From NCBI GenBank assembly GCA_951406725.2, contig OX597835.1, positions 10,726,001-10,790,000 on the forward strand: DNA of 64,000 bases, written 5' to 3'. The stretch is from Octopus vulgaris. Taxonomy: Eukaryota. The notes below the pieces were generated by a model. That model was not told the origin of the DNA. It did not search any database and saw nothing but the letters and a program-made list of their open reading frames with translations. Position numbers and translations under genes: made by a program. Of the stretch, positions 26,144 to 39,520 are shown piece by piece (within the stretch, counting starts at the first letter, position 1; each line of letters starts with the position of its first letter).

Positions 26144-26499
26144 ATAATAGTAGTAGTAGTAGTAGTTGTAGTAGCAGCAGCAATTGCAGCAGCAGCACCA
26201 GCAGCAGTAGTAGTAAAACTAGTAGTTGTAGTAGTATTTGTAGTAGTACTAGTAGTAGTGGTGGTGGTGGTAGTAGTAGTAGTAGTAGTGGCAGAAATTG
26301 ATTAAATTTTTGTTGGACTTCAAATTTTTTTTGTTATTCTTCTTTGTGCTATTAAAAGTTGAGTGTCGAAGCATCTTCGATCAGTAATTCTCTTACCCTC
26401 CCTCCCACTCTCTCTCCCTCTCTCTCTCCCCCTCTCTCTCTCCCTATATATATATATGTATGTATGTATATGTATATGTATGTATGTATATTTATATAT

Positions 26500-26823
26500 A
26501 TCGCACTCTGTCAGTTACGCTGATGAGGGTTCCAGCTGATCCAGTCAACAGAACAGCCTGCTTGTGAAATTTACAAGCAAGTGGCCGAGTACTCCACAGA
26601 CATGCGTTCCCTTAACGTAGTTCTCAGGGAGATTCAGTGACACAGAGTGTGACAAGGCTGTCCCTTTGATATACAGGTACGACTCATTTTTTGACAGGTG
26701 AGTGGACTGGAGCGACGTGAAATGAAGTGTCTTGCTCAAGGACATGAAATGCTGCCTGCAATTGAACTCACAACCTTACAACCATGAGCTGAATACCCTA
26801 ACCTCAAGGCTATGGACATTCAC
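26500..26823 (-). mobile_element. tRNA-derived SINE family D
   Basis: Reverse complement: ggttagggtattcagctc...gtgagttcaatt head, then gtccttgagcaagacacttcatttcac core. Confidence 0.7.
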
Positions 26824-26828
26824 TAGAG

Positions 26829-27309
<481 letters not shown>

Positions 27310-27635
27310 TTATAATATGATGTAATATAAGAAGAGACAATATAATTGACACAAATTTATAAAGTTTTCTTTCTTTATCGCTGTTGTTCTTTAGAAATCT
27401 CTTTCCGTGACCGTCACCCGACCCCAGTCAACCCAGTTCTGCAGAATTCTTTTCTTATTCTTCTTTCACACTTCACTTCTCAAAGATTCTCTCTGTCTTT
27501 CTCCTCTATTTTTTGTCCCCTTTTTATCCCCTTTTCTACATCACAGCAGCTAACTTTGTTGAACTTTCAGTATCTCCATCCCAACTACTCTTTTGTGTAT
27601 ATCAACCCAGCTGTGTGTGTGTGTTTGTGTATGTT

Positions 27636-27686
<51 letters not shown>

Positions 27687-28295
27687 ATGTGTGTGTGTGT
27701 GTTTGTTCTTTGGCTACCAGGTAGAAAGACAGGTAAGCCAGTGAACACTCTGAGTCACTCTCAATTAAGTAGATTTTTTTATCTAACGACAGGTGTGCTC
27801 CATCAGTGACCATCTCATCTAAGTTTTACATATCTAGAGTTACCTTCCTACGTTTTCATTTTCTAAGACGGTGAGGTGAAATTTCAAATATATTTGGCTA
27901 TCATTTCTAGCAAACCGATTGACTGCTTAGTGGCTCTTTGGAAGTTAACCAATATTTACACGTACGTGTGCATCTGTGCATGCACATTTGCACATGCACA
28001 CACTTACAGGTAATTGTTTACCTGTACGTACATAAACGTGTATGTGTCTGTATACCAATAATGTAATGTGTTTATGGCTATATATATATATATATATATA
28101 TATTAAGGTATGTAGAAAAATACAACATGGACAAGAACGTATAACTCTTAGAAGACGATACAATAAACACGGACAGGACATTCGAAACCCTCAGTCTTCA
28201 GTTAAGAACCGGATCATCGTAGTAATTTCGGCTGATTAATCTTGAGATTACTAGATCACGGCCAGCCCTCCAAGAAAAACTAAGCAACGAGCATT

Positions 28296-28332
<37 letters not shown>

Positions 28333-28609
28333 TTGTGCATATATAAGGTGATGATAGGATAATGTGTGTGTGTGTGTGTTTGTTTGTTATTGTTTTCTTA
28401 TTTTTTTTTTTGTGATTTGTTTTGTGGATGTAAAAGCCAGCAGGGTGCGTAGTAGCATTCATTTATTTCCATATTGAAATTTTACCAGTTGACCCGCACA
28501 TGTTGTTATCATGCTTGCATATAATTGTATAGTCACTTGTGTATGCGTGCGCATATTTACTTAAGTATGTATGTGTTTGTACATGCATACGCACACGTGG
28601 ATGTGTAGG

Positions 28610-28758
28610 TGTGTGTATATACACTACTGATCTCCGTGTGTCTCTCTTTACTTTATACAAGGGTCCATATGTGTGTGTGTGTGTATGTTACTGATCTATG
28701 TGTGTGCCTCTTTATACAGGGGTCCAAGCGTGCGTGTGTGTGTGTGTGTGTGTTTGTA

Positions 28759-28809
<51 letters not shown>

Positions 28810-28961
28810 ATGCAGCTATGTGCATACGCTACTGATCTCTGTGTGTGTCTCTTTACTTTATACAGGGGTCCATGTGTGTGTGTGTTTGTGTGTGCGTGTG
28901 TGTTTGTGTGTGCGTGTGTGTATGCTACTGTTCTATGTGTGTGCCTCTCTATACAGGGGTC

Positions 28962-29003
<42 letters not shown>

Positions 29004-29480
29004 CTACTGATCTACAGGGGTCCATGCGTGAGTGTGTTTTTGTGTGTGTGTGTGTGTGTGCATGCAGCTATGTGCATACGCTACTGATCTCTGTGTGTGC
29101 CTTTTTATACAGGGGTCCAAGTGTGTATACGTTTATGTGTGTGTGTGTGTGTGTGTGTATGCTACTGATCTATGTGTGTGCCTCTTTATACAGGGATCCA
29201 TGTGTGTGTGTGTGTGTGTATGTGTGTGTGTGTGTGTGTGTATGCTACTGATCTATGTGTGTGCCTCTTTATACAGGGGTCCATGCGTGAGTGTGTTTGT
29301 GTGTGCTGTGTGTATGCTACTGATCTATGTGTGTGCCTCTTTATACAGGGGTCCAAGCGTGTGTGTGTGTGTGTGTGTGTGTGTCTCTTTACTTTATACA
29401 GGGGTCCATGTGTGTATGTGTTTGTGTGTGTGTGTGTATGCTACTGATCTATGTGTGTGCCTCTTTATACAGGGGTCCAA

Positions 29481-29514
<34 letters not shown>

Positions 29515-29535
29515 GTGCATGCATGCAGCTATGTG
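28610..29535. repeat. Composite minisatellite: ~43-bp unit plus variable (TG)n, about 11 copies
   Basis: tatgctactgatctatgtgtgtgcctctttatacaggggtcca repeated with (TG)n of differing length. Confidence 0.93.
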
Positions 29536-29909
29536 CAGTTTCCACTGTTGCATTCATCTGCTGCTACCTGGCGCTAGCAGTTTTGTCTTGTAATAAATAT
29601 TTCTCTTGCAAAGAAAGATTCCCTCGTAAGAATTCAGATTCTAATGGATTCGGTTGTCGGCGGCAACAGTGGAAGCGGAGATCATTGGAGACCGGTTGAT
29701 GTGGCACTTGTTGCTGCTGCTGCTGCTGCTGACGATGCTGCTGCTATCGGTGCTGCTGTCGATTTTGTTGTTGCTGCTGCTGTTGTTGTTGGTGCTGTTG
29801 TCATTGTTGCTGCTGCTGCTGCTGCTTTTGCTGCTGCTCTTGTTCTTGTTGTTGTTGTTACGGTGTAATAGCAGTACATTCTGTAGTAATATTTAAGTGT
29901 TTCATTAAT

Positions 29910-30860
29910 GGTGGTGGTGGTGGTGGTGGTGGTGGTGGTCGTGGTATTGGCTGTAGTGACAGTGGTAGTGTCTGTTGCTCTGTGTCGTTGGTGATGGCAG
30001 CACCAGTTGTTTACGATTGGTTTTGATAGTGGTGGTTATGGTGATGATGATGATGATGATGGTGGTGGCGGTGGTTGTGGGCGGTAATGGTAGTGGTGGT
30101 GATGATGATGATGATGGTGGTGGTACTGGTGGTGATGATGATGATGATGATGGTGGTGGTGGCAGTGGTTGTGGGCAGTAATGGTAGTGGTGGTGGTGGT
30201 GGTGGTGATGATGATGGTGGTGGTACTGGTGGTGGTGATGATGATGATGTGGCAGTGGTTGTGGGCGGTAATGGTAGTGGTGGTGGTGATGATGATGATG
30301 ATGGTGGTGGTGGTAGTGGTGGTGGTAGCAGTGGTTGTGGGCGGTAATGGTAGTGGTGGTGGTGGTGGTGGTGGTGATGATGGTGGTGGTGGTAGTGGTG
30401 GTGGTAGCAGTGGTTGTGGGCAGTAATGGTAGTGGTGGTGGTGGTGGTGGTAGTGGTGGTGGTGATGATGATGATGATGGTGGTGGTGGAAGTGGTTGTG
30501 GGCAGTAATGGTAGTGGTGGTGGTGGTGGTGATGATGGTGGTGCGGGCGGCGGGCGGTGGTGGTGATGATGATGATGATGGTGGTGGTGGAAGTGGTTGT
30601 GGGCAGTAATGGTAGTGGTGGTGGTGGTGATGATGGTGGTGGTACTGGTGGTGGTGATGATGATGATGATGATGGTGGTGGTGGCCAGTAATGGTAGTGG
30701 TGGGGGTGATGATGATGGTGGTGGTAGTGGTGGTGGTGATGGTGATGATGATGGTGGTGGTAGTGGTGGTGGTGGTGGTGGTTGTGGGCGGTAATGGTGG
30801 TAGTGGTGGTGGTGGCGGTGGATTTGTGTTTTGTTGCTAATGGCAGTGGTGGTCATACAA
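29910..30860. repeat. (GGT/GAT)n tract with recurring higher-order unit
   Basis: gtggttgtgggc(a/g)gtaatggtagtgg about 8 times. Confidence 0.9.
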
Positions 30861-32719
30861 TGACAGTGTTGTTGTTGTCATTACTATTTTGTTTTTGTCT
30901 TTGTACTGTTGAAGTCTGTGGTGGTGGGCATTGATGGCATAAAGGAGCAGTGAGTGATAATTTCAGTGCGGGGGAGGTATTGAAGTGGTGGGGCTGGTGG
31001 TTGTTATAAGCATCTCAAAATGCTGGCGGGGGGGGGGGGGGGTTGTTGTTGTTGTTGTTGTTTAGCCCCAGGTCAGTCCTGATCAAGTCAACCTTATAAT
31101 TAAAGTGATTCCAACCCTCAGCATTCCCAGGATTTACATAAAAATCTCCCTCATTTTATATGTCCTTCTTTTTTTAAGCGTAACACATTAAGATTTGACT
31201 GCTATTTCCAGCAGCTCCAGTGACTCTATAGAGGTACCTCACTGGCTGATGGTGGTGCAGGTGGTAGTGATGGTGTTTGTTGTATTGGTGGTGGTGGGGT
31301 TGTAGTAGTAGTAGTAGTAGTAGTATTGGTGGTGGTAGTGGTGGTGGTAGTAGTAGTAGTAAAAGTAGTAGTACTATTGTGGTGATAGTGCTTGTAGTAG
31401 TAGTAGTATTGGTAGTAGTAACGGTGGTGGTAGTAGTTGTTGATGTTGAGCCCCGGGTCAGACCTATAGTGGAAAACATTTCATCCTTGATCTTCCCCTC
31501 TCTTATTCTTTTATTCTGTCATAGTGTATCTAGGAATACATTATCCAGTGTGCTCCTTTAGAAATACTGTAGTGTATGCGTGCGCGCATGTGTGTGTGTG
31601 TGATTTAAAGAAGATTTGACTGTATTTTCTAGCAGATCAGATGACCTTGTAGAGACTTCCTCATGAAGTGGTAGGTGTTAGGAAATTGTTGTATAGGTAG
31701 TAGTTGCGTTGTGGTGTTAGTGTTCGAGGTTATGGTGTTAGTATTTGATGGTGTTGAATGGTTCTTGCAACAGAGGTAGTAGTTGTGGTGGTGTTGATGT
31801 TGGTCTTGGGGCTGGCACAGTTAGTGATGGTTGTAAGATCAAATCCCTCACAGGTTCAACACTGCCCTGCGGTACCCTGGGGTATGTGTTGCAAAGTGCC
31901 CCACCTCTGTCCCAAGCATTCAGTTTAGATCTCCAATTTGAGGAGGATACCTTCCACCCCTGTTCCCCATCCTTCCTCCTCAACCCTTTCCCACTCCCCC
32001 ATCCAGCTCCCACCTTCAACCATCCCTCTTCTACCTACCTTCCTCCATCCATCCCCACCTTCCCCATCCATCCCCACGTTCTCTCCTCCACCTTCCCCAT
32101 CCATCTCTATCACCTATCCCTCCTCCATGCCTTCCCACCTTCCTCTGCCTTTTCCCTCCCCTACACCTTCTCCATCCCCCTACATGCCTTCCCCATTCAC
32201 ACCCCTCGTACCCCATCCTTTCCCCATTTCCCGCATACCCTGTCCCTCCTCGATCCCTCCCTCATCCCTTCCCCATCCTCATCACTCCCCATCCTTTTGC
32301 CCTACACTCCATCCTTTCCCACCCCTCAACCTAACCCCCACCCCACCCGATAGTGCCAGAGACCCTACTAAGGGCCCCCTGGGTAATACAATACTTTCTC
32401 TCCTGACTAAAATATATAAAAGAAATTACAGGTGTTTATTGAGAGGAGCATTTAATTGCCTTTTTTTTAGTATATAAAAAAAGCACCTGTAAGACTTGCC
32501 TCTGTGTGTGTGTATATGTGACCACCTGATCGTGGAGGGTGGGGAAGAATGGTTATTCCTGCCCCCCACAAAACATCAGATGTGCCACACCTAGACATAC
32601 AGATGCACTCAAAGAATTTAAAGACAATGACGAGGAAGAGAAGGAAAATATGTATTTAGTCTGGGAGGCTTTGATCTGATTGGCTGGTTCCCTTTCTGAC
32701 AGACTGATGGATAAAGCAT

Positions 32720-32751
<32 letters not shown>

Positions 32752-33658
32752 GAAATGGAGAGGAAGAGAAGAGGGAGATGATGATGGAGGAGAAAATTCT
32801 TGGAAGATCTCTCTCCCTCCTATCATTAACATCATGACCACCACCACCATCTTTAATTCCACCACCATCGCCACAATTCATCACCATCTCAACCACCACC
32901 ACCACCACCACCACAACCACCACCACCGCCATCACCACCTCATCCAACACCATCATCAATATCTCCCCCCCCCCCGCCCCAACTCCTCTGCAGTGACCAC
33001 CACCACCATCACCACTGCCGCCATCATCACCCCCACCATCTTTAATTCCACCACCATCACCACCACCACCATCACCACCTCGTCCAACACCATCATCATT
33101 ATCTCCACCCTCCCCGCCCCAACTCCTTTGCAGTGACCACCACCACCACCATCACCACTGCCGCCATCATCACCCCCACCATCTTTAATTCCACCACCAT
33201 CACCACCACCACCACAACCATCACCACCACCACCATCACCACCTCGTCCACCATCACCTCCACCACACCAGATTGCCGTACCTCCACCGCACCAGATTGC
33301 CGCTGCTGCTGCCGCTGCCGTAGTCAGTGTCGTAGTAGAAATCCTGTTATTGATTTGATCCTCTTCGTTCCTCTTCTTGTTGTTGTTGCTGTTGTTGTTG
33401 TTGTTGTTGTCGAGCATATTTCACTTTGATCTTTTACAGAATCAACTTGTTTTTTTTTTTAATGGTCTCACAATTTTTCACTACAAAATCCTGCCTGTGT
33501 TTGTTTGTTTGTTTGTGTTCGTGTTTGTGTTTGTGTCGGGGAAGTGGGAAGGATGGGGAGGGAGAGCCTTGCGATTTCTCTGAGGAATGATGGAGTGTGA
33601 GATGCTATTAAATACAAACCAGTAATACGACCCAACAGGCCGTTTGCTTATATGTATT

Positions 33659-33705
<47 letters not shown>

Positions 33706-33724
33706 ATATGTATGTATATATGTA

Positions 33725-33755
<31 letters not shown>

Positions 33756-33828
33756 AAATATATATATGTATATATGTATATGTATATATATATATGTATA
33801 TATGTATATATGTATAAATATATATATG

Positions 33829-33859
<31 letters not shown>

Positions 33860-34034
33860 GTATATATGTATATGTATATATGTATATATGTATATGTATA
33901 TATGTATATATATATATATGTGTATGTATATATGTATATATATGTGTGTATATATATATGTATATATATATATATATGTATGTGTATATATATGTGTGTG
34001 TATATATATGTGTGTGTATATATATGTGTGTGTG

Positions 34035-34069
<35 letters not shown>

Positions 34070-34130
34070 GTGTATGTATATATCTATATATATATGTGTG
34101 TATATATATATGTGTGTATGTATATATATA

Positions 34131-34173
<43 letters not shown>

Positions 34174-34344
34174 CAGTAAGAAGCTTGCTTCCCAACCACA
34201 TGATTCCATGTTCAGTCCCACTGCATAGCACCCTGGGCCAATGTTTTCTGACCAAAACCTTGTCAGTGGATCTGGTAGACAGAAACTGGAAGAAGAAGCC
34301 TGCCGTGTATACATATATATGTATATATATGTGTGTGTGTGTGT

Positions 34345-34648
34345 GGAGGCGCAATGGCCCAGTGGTTAGGGCAGTGCACTCGCGGTCGCAGGATCATAGT
34401 TTCGATTCCTAGACTGGGCGTTGTGAGTGTTTTTTGAGCGAAAACAACTAAAGCTCCACGAGGCTCCAGCAGTGAGTTGTGGAAATCCCTGCTGTACACT
34501 TTCGCCACAACTTTCTCTCATTCTTTCCTCTGTTGGCCTGTTCACTTAGCCAGCCAGGTGGTGTCATTCGAAGGCTAAAACAATGCGAAGCGTATTGTGA
34601 CCAGCGATGTGTAGCAGCATCTGATAGCCTGATTGGTCACGGTGATAT
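34345..34648 (+). mobile_element. tRNA-derived SINE family B (possibly the tRNA-Arg-type octopus SINE)
   Basis: ggcgcaatggcccagtggttagggcag...gtttcgattcc head; near-identical copy at 49420; follows a SINE A head at ~34175-34310. Confidence 0.85.
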
Positions 34649-34852
34649 ATATATCCCTCTCTCTCTTTCGGGGAGGCACTGAGCAGCTATACGCACACAT
34701 ACACACACGGCAGTAACTTCCACCTACCGAATTCAATCACAAAGCTCTGGTCGGCTCGGGGCTATAGTGGAAGACACCTACCCAAAGTGCCATGCAGTGG
34801 GACTGAACCCGAAACCATGTAGCTTGGAAGCAAGCTCCCTAACCACACAGCC

Positions 34853-34883
<31 letters not shown>

Positions 34884-35042
34884 GGGGGAAATGAAGAAAA
34901 TGCTGACAAAATAATTTAAGTAAGGGAGAGTGTATTTAATTAGGTGAAAGTTCTTTTTACCGGTTGTGCATTTGTTATGCTTATCAAAAGATATTTTTTT
35001 AAGAGAGATAGAGTTCCTTTCTGATAGATTTTTTTTCTCTTA

Positions 35043-35100
<58 letters not shown>

Positions 35101-35729
35101 GTTGAGTTCTATATCATCCTTTACTTTGTGAGGTTCCAAATTTCAATTTCTAATAAGGATTTTCATATTGAATTGGTAGCTTACTAGTGTAGGTATTTTT
35201 TTAAAATATGAAAATCCTACAAGTATAAGGTGTGTTATGAGCATTTATAGAGCACGTATCCTTTAGAAAGTCAAACAATTAAAGATAGAGAAGAGAAGGT
35301 GTTAAAACTTTTATAAAATTTTAATCCATGAATACAATCATTTCGAACGGTAATATTAACGTGTAAAAAACATGGAGAAAAATTAGAAATTAATTCAATT
35401 CTAATTATAATTAAATTAATTACGTATTACCGTTCTTCTCAGTGCAACAGAAGAATACATCAGTAAAAATATTATATTGTCACTGAAGACTAGATGGAGT
35501 GAGTGTTATATAACATATTTGGATATTCGTAATATGATTATGAAAGATGAAAGATAAAAAACATGCTTTTGTAGTGTTGAGTCTAGTTGTGTATGAACTA
35601 GAATTGATGCGGCTAATGGATATTTTAAAATATAAGTAAAAAATATTTAAGAAGCATTCTCTCTGTATGAAGATAAGTAATTAAGTGATATACATTCCAT
35701 ATAAAGCGTTTGTCATAAGAAGTAAAATA

Positions 35730-35825
<96 letters not shown>

Positions 35826-35892
35826 GTTTTGTCTCTAATTTAATATAATATATATATATATATATAGTGGTTTTGTCTCTAATTTAATATAA

Positions 35893-35932
<40 letters not shown>

Positions 35933-36123
35933 CACATACATACATATATATATATACATATATATACACATATATATATGCATATATATTTATATATATA
36001 TGAATAAATAAGCGTCTAATGAGACAGCATAGCTATATTTAAATTTATATATGATTCGACAGTTGAGTGGTATACAACGAAAATAAGGAAAATAAATAAA
36101 TAAATAAATATACATATATATAC

Positions 36124-36315
36124 ATCATCATCATCATCATCATCGTTTCACGTCCGTTCTCCATGCTAGCATGGGTTGGACGGTTCGACCGGGGATCTGG
36201 GAAGCCAGAAGGCTGCACCAGGCTCCGGTCTTATCTGGCAATGTTTCTACAGCTGGATGCCCTTCCTAACGCCAACCACTCCGTGAGTGTAGTGGGTGCT
36301 TTTTACGTGCCACCT

Positions 36316-36318
<3 letters not shown>
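36124..36318 (-). mobile_element. RTE-type LINE 3' end
   Basis: Reverse complement of family 3'UTR with (CAT)n. Confidence 0.85.
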
Positions 36319-36363
<45 letters not shown>

Positions 36364-36371
36364 TAGGTAGG

Positions 36372-36424
<53 letters not shown>

Positions 36425-36747
36425 TTGTTGTCCGTGGTATGCCCTGTAAACTGTGATGTTTAAGTTGTATGCAGAGTGGTCAAAACTGTATGTCAAAAAT
36501 TCAGCTTGTCGGAACATTCTATGAGGTACTGCAGATGCCAAGAACTCAACTGTCAATTAAATACATTTTGAAATCTTATAATTACTATGAGTATATGAAA
36601 GTGTGAATTGGAATTGAATTTAATGAACATTACGAAATATTCTTCAAATGTTAAAATACCATAATAAAATATGTGAAAACCAGACTATGTTTTAAACTTA
36701 TTCAATTCTATACACATTCACACAAATTTGGAAAAATATGCGTATAA

Positions 36748-36908
36748 AGGCGCAGGAGTGACTGTGTGGTAAGCAGCTTGCCTCCAAACCACATGGTTCC
36801 GGGTTCAGTCTCACTGCATGGCACCTTGGGCAAATGTCTTCTACTGTAGCCACGGGCTGACCAAAGTCTTGTGAATGGATTTGGTAGATGGAAACTGAAA
36901 GAAGCCTG

Positions 36909-36949
<41 letters not shown>

Positions 36950-37238
36950 CGTATATATATATATATGTGTGTCCAACCCATGCTAGCATGGAAAGCGGAC
37001 GTTAAACGATGATGATGATGATGTGTGTGTGTGTGTGTTTGTGCATCTGTGTTTGTCCCTAACATCGCTTGACAACTGATACTGGTGTGTTTACATCCCC
37101 TTAACTTAGCAGTTCAGCAAAAGAGACTGGTAGAATAAGTACCAAGCTTATAAAGAATAAGTCCTGGGATCGATTTGCTTGACTAAAGGCAGTGCTCCAG
37201 CATGGCCGCAGTCAAATGACTGAAACATGTAAAAGAGT
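36748..37238 (+). mobile_element. SINE family A with nested RTE tail (~36971-37022)
   Basis: Full head and tail; ccaacccatgctagcatggaaagcggacgttaaac(gat)n lies inside the internal microsatellite. Confidence 0.88.
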
Positions 37239-37485
37239 ATCTGTATGTATGTATGTATGTATGTATGTATGTATGTATGTATGTATGTATGTATTTGCGT
37301 TTGGCCCCGTCACTGCTTTACAACCAAATTTCAGTTTGTTTACATCCCTGTAACTTAGCAGTTTGGCAAAAGAAACTAATAAAATAAATACCAATCTAAA
37401 ACTAAGTACTAAGGTTGAATTGTTTCTCTAAATTCTAACATGGCCACAGTCCACTGATTGAAGCAAGTGAAAGATACACACTCAT

Positions 37486-37566
<81 letters not shown>

Positions 37567-37576
37567 TGTACATATT

Positions 37577-37860
37577 CTTTTACTCTTTTGTTTTGGTCAT
37601 TTTGACTGCAGCCATGCTGGAGCATCGCCTTAAAGGGTTTCAGTCGAAGACCCCAGGACTTATTCTTTGCAAGCCTAGTACTTATTTTATCTGTTTCCTT
37701 TGCTGAACTGCTATGTTTCAGGGACATAGACACACCAACATTGCTTGTCAAGCCATGGCAGGGTGGGTGGGGTGACAAACAGAGAGATACACACACATAA
37801 ACACACACACACACACACGATGGGCTTCTTTCAGTTTCCATCTACCAAATCCGCTCACAA
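37577..37860 (-). mobile_element. SINE family A, 5'-truncated
   Basis: Reverse complement of the 3' two-thirds of family A. Confidence 0.8.
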
Positions 37861-37898
37861 GAGAGCCACGAGAGCCATTGTCTGGTACTGCATCAGGG

Positions 37899-37929
<31 letters not shown>

Positions 37930-38255
37930 TCTGTGGTGAGCTGGCAGAAATTGTTAGTACCTCAGACAAAATGCTTAGCAGCATTTTAATTTTTATGATC
38001 TGTGTTCAAATTCCACCAAGGTTGAGAAACCCAAAACTTAAACTGGTGAGGTGCCAGAAATCATTAGCCCACTGGGCAAAATGTTTAGAGCTGTTTCATC
38101 GTCCATGTCCTGAGCCCAAATTCCACCAAGGTCAACTTTACCTTTCATCATTTTGGGGTCAATAATATAATTAGCAGTTGAGCACTGGGGCCAGTGTAAT
38201 TAAAACTGACTTCTCTCCCTGAATTTACTGGCCTTGTGCCAAAATCAGAAACCAA
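37930..38255 (+). mobile_element. SINE family C (diverged, duplicated head) after (ATT)n
   Basis: ggtgagctggcagaa...ttccaccaaggtcaactttacctttcatc...ggccttgtgccaaaa. Confidence 0.75.
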
Positions 38256-38879
38256 TTACTGCCAACATTAAAAGGGAAGAATTTTGGTGCAAAACTCACA
38301 ACCGGACGACCAGGTGTCTATTAGCAGGTAATGATGAACTACTCAGAGAATGTAGGAGGCTTTACAGTTTCACTTATGCCTAAGATTTTCGCAGGTAACT
38401 TTTTAGAACCTAATTTAGAAAGGTGTTAAGAGCAGAAGACTATCATTGTTCACAGGGTATACTAATTTTAATTTTAGTGTACGAACCTAATTTTGTTTAT
38501 CATTGTCACAGGGTATACTAATTTTAATTTTTGTGTCTTTTTTCTTTACTTTGTGGGTGGGTTGTCTATATTTGTTTTGCTGTACTAAATTATTAAACTG
38601 TCTTAATATCAATTAAGCAAATTATTTTCCTCGTTTTTCTCCAGATTTATAGCTTTATTGTTATCATTAATAAATCATTATTATCATTGCTATTATATGT
38701 TTTGAATTTAATGTTTTAATTGATGTTTTTAATGTATTGCTAGGCACACTTGTGTGAATGGAAGGTGTGTAGATGTTAACATCTAAATTGCTCAGCTGTG
38801 GGCTCTTTCGTCTTTTTGTCTGTGTTGTTTAGCGTTTCTCATGTTTATGTTGAAAGCTTTTACGATATTAGTGGTGACT

Positions 38880-39520
38880 GTGTGGACTGTGTGATGTGTA
38901 ATTTGTGTTACTGAAATGTAGAATGTATGTTATGTGATTTGTATTATTGAACTGCAATGCAGAATATGTCTTGTGTTAGGCACTAAAATGTGGAATATAT
39001 GATGTGTAATTTGTGTTATTGAAATGTAGAATGCATTTTATGTGACTTCTGTTATTGAACTGTAATGTGGAATATGCATTGTGTTTGGCACTAAAATGTG
39101 GAATGTGTGATGTGTAATTTGTATTACTGAAATGTAGAATGCATTTTATGTGACTTCTGTTATTGAACTGTAATGCAGAATATGTCTTGTGTTAGGCACT
39201 AAAATGTGGAATATATGATGTGTAATTTGTGTTATTGAAATATAGTGTAGAATATGTGTTCTGTGAGGTACTAAAAATGTGGAATGTGTGATGTGTAATT
39301 TGTATTACTGAAATATAGAATGAATTTTATGTGACTTCTGTTATTGAACTGTAATGTGGAATATGTTTTGTGTGAGTTGCTAAAAATGTGGGATATGCGA
39401 TGTGTTAGGTGAGCTAAAATATAAAATGTGTGCTGTGTCATGTTACTAAAATTACGATATGGATGTGATACCATTTGTGTCACTGAATTAAAAAGTGACT
39501 TACATAGAATGTGCACAGTA
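38880..39520. repeat. Minisatellite, 108-bp unit made of ~36-bp subunits
   Basis: tgtaatttgt(g/a)tta(c/t)tgaaat recurs about every 108 bp from ~38897 to 39220, then decays. Confidence 0.88.

Noticed and set aside
28085-28295. Hammerhead in a (TA)n-embedded repeat-like segment
   Set aside because: CTGAAGA is present on the minus strand but there is no proper GAAA or stems; the segment remains unclassified
29618-29882. Minus-strand N/S-rich open frame after a ctacag acceptor
   Set aside because: Triplet-repeat derived, weak pyrimidine tract, no domain; cannot be supported without RNA data
32956-33417. Minus-strand ORF MLDNNNN...
   Set aside because: Low complexity throughout, no recognisable domain or convincing splice context
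34345-34420. tRNA genes at SINE heads (also 49420, 56653, 60193)
   Set aside because: A/B boxes run on into SINE bodies; no complete cloverleaf
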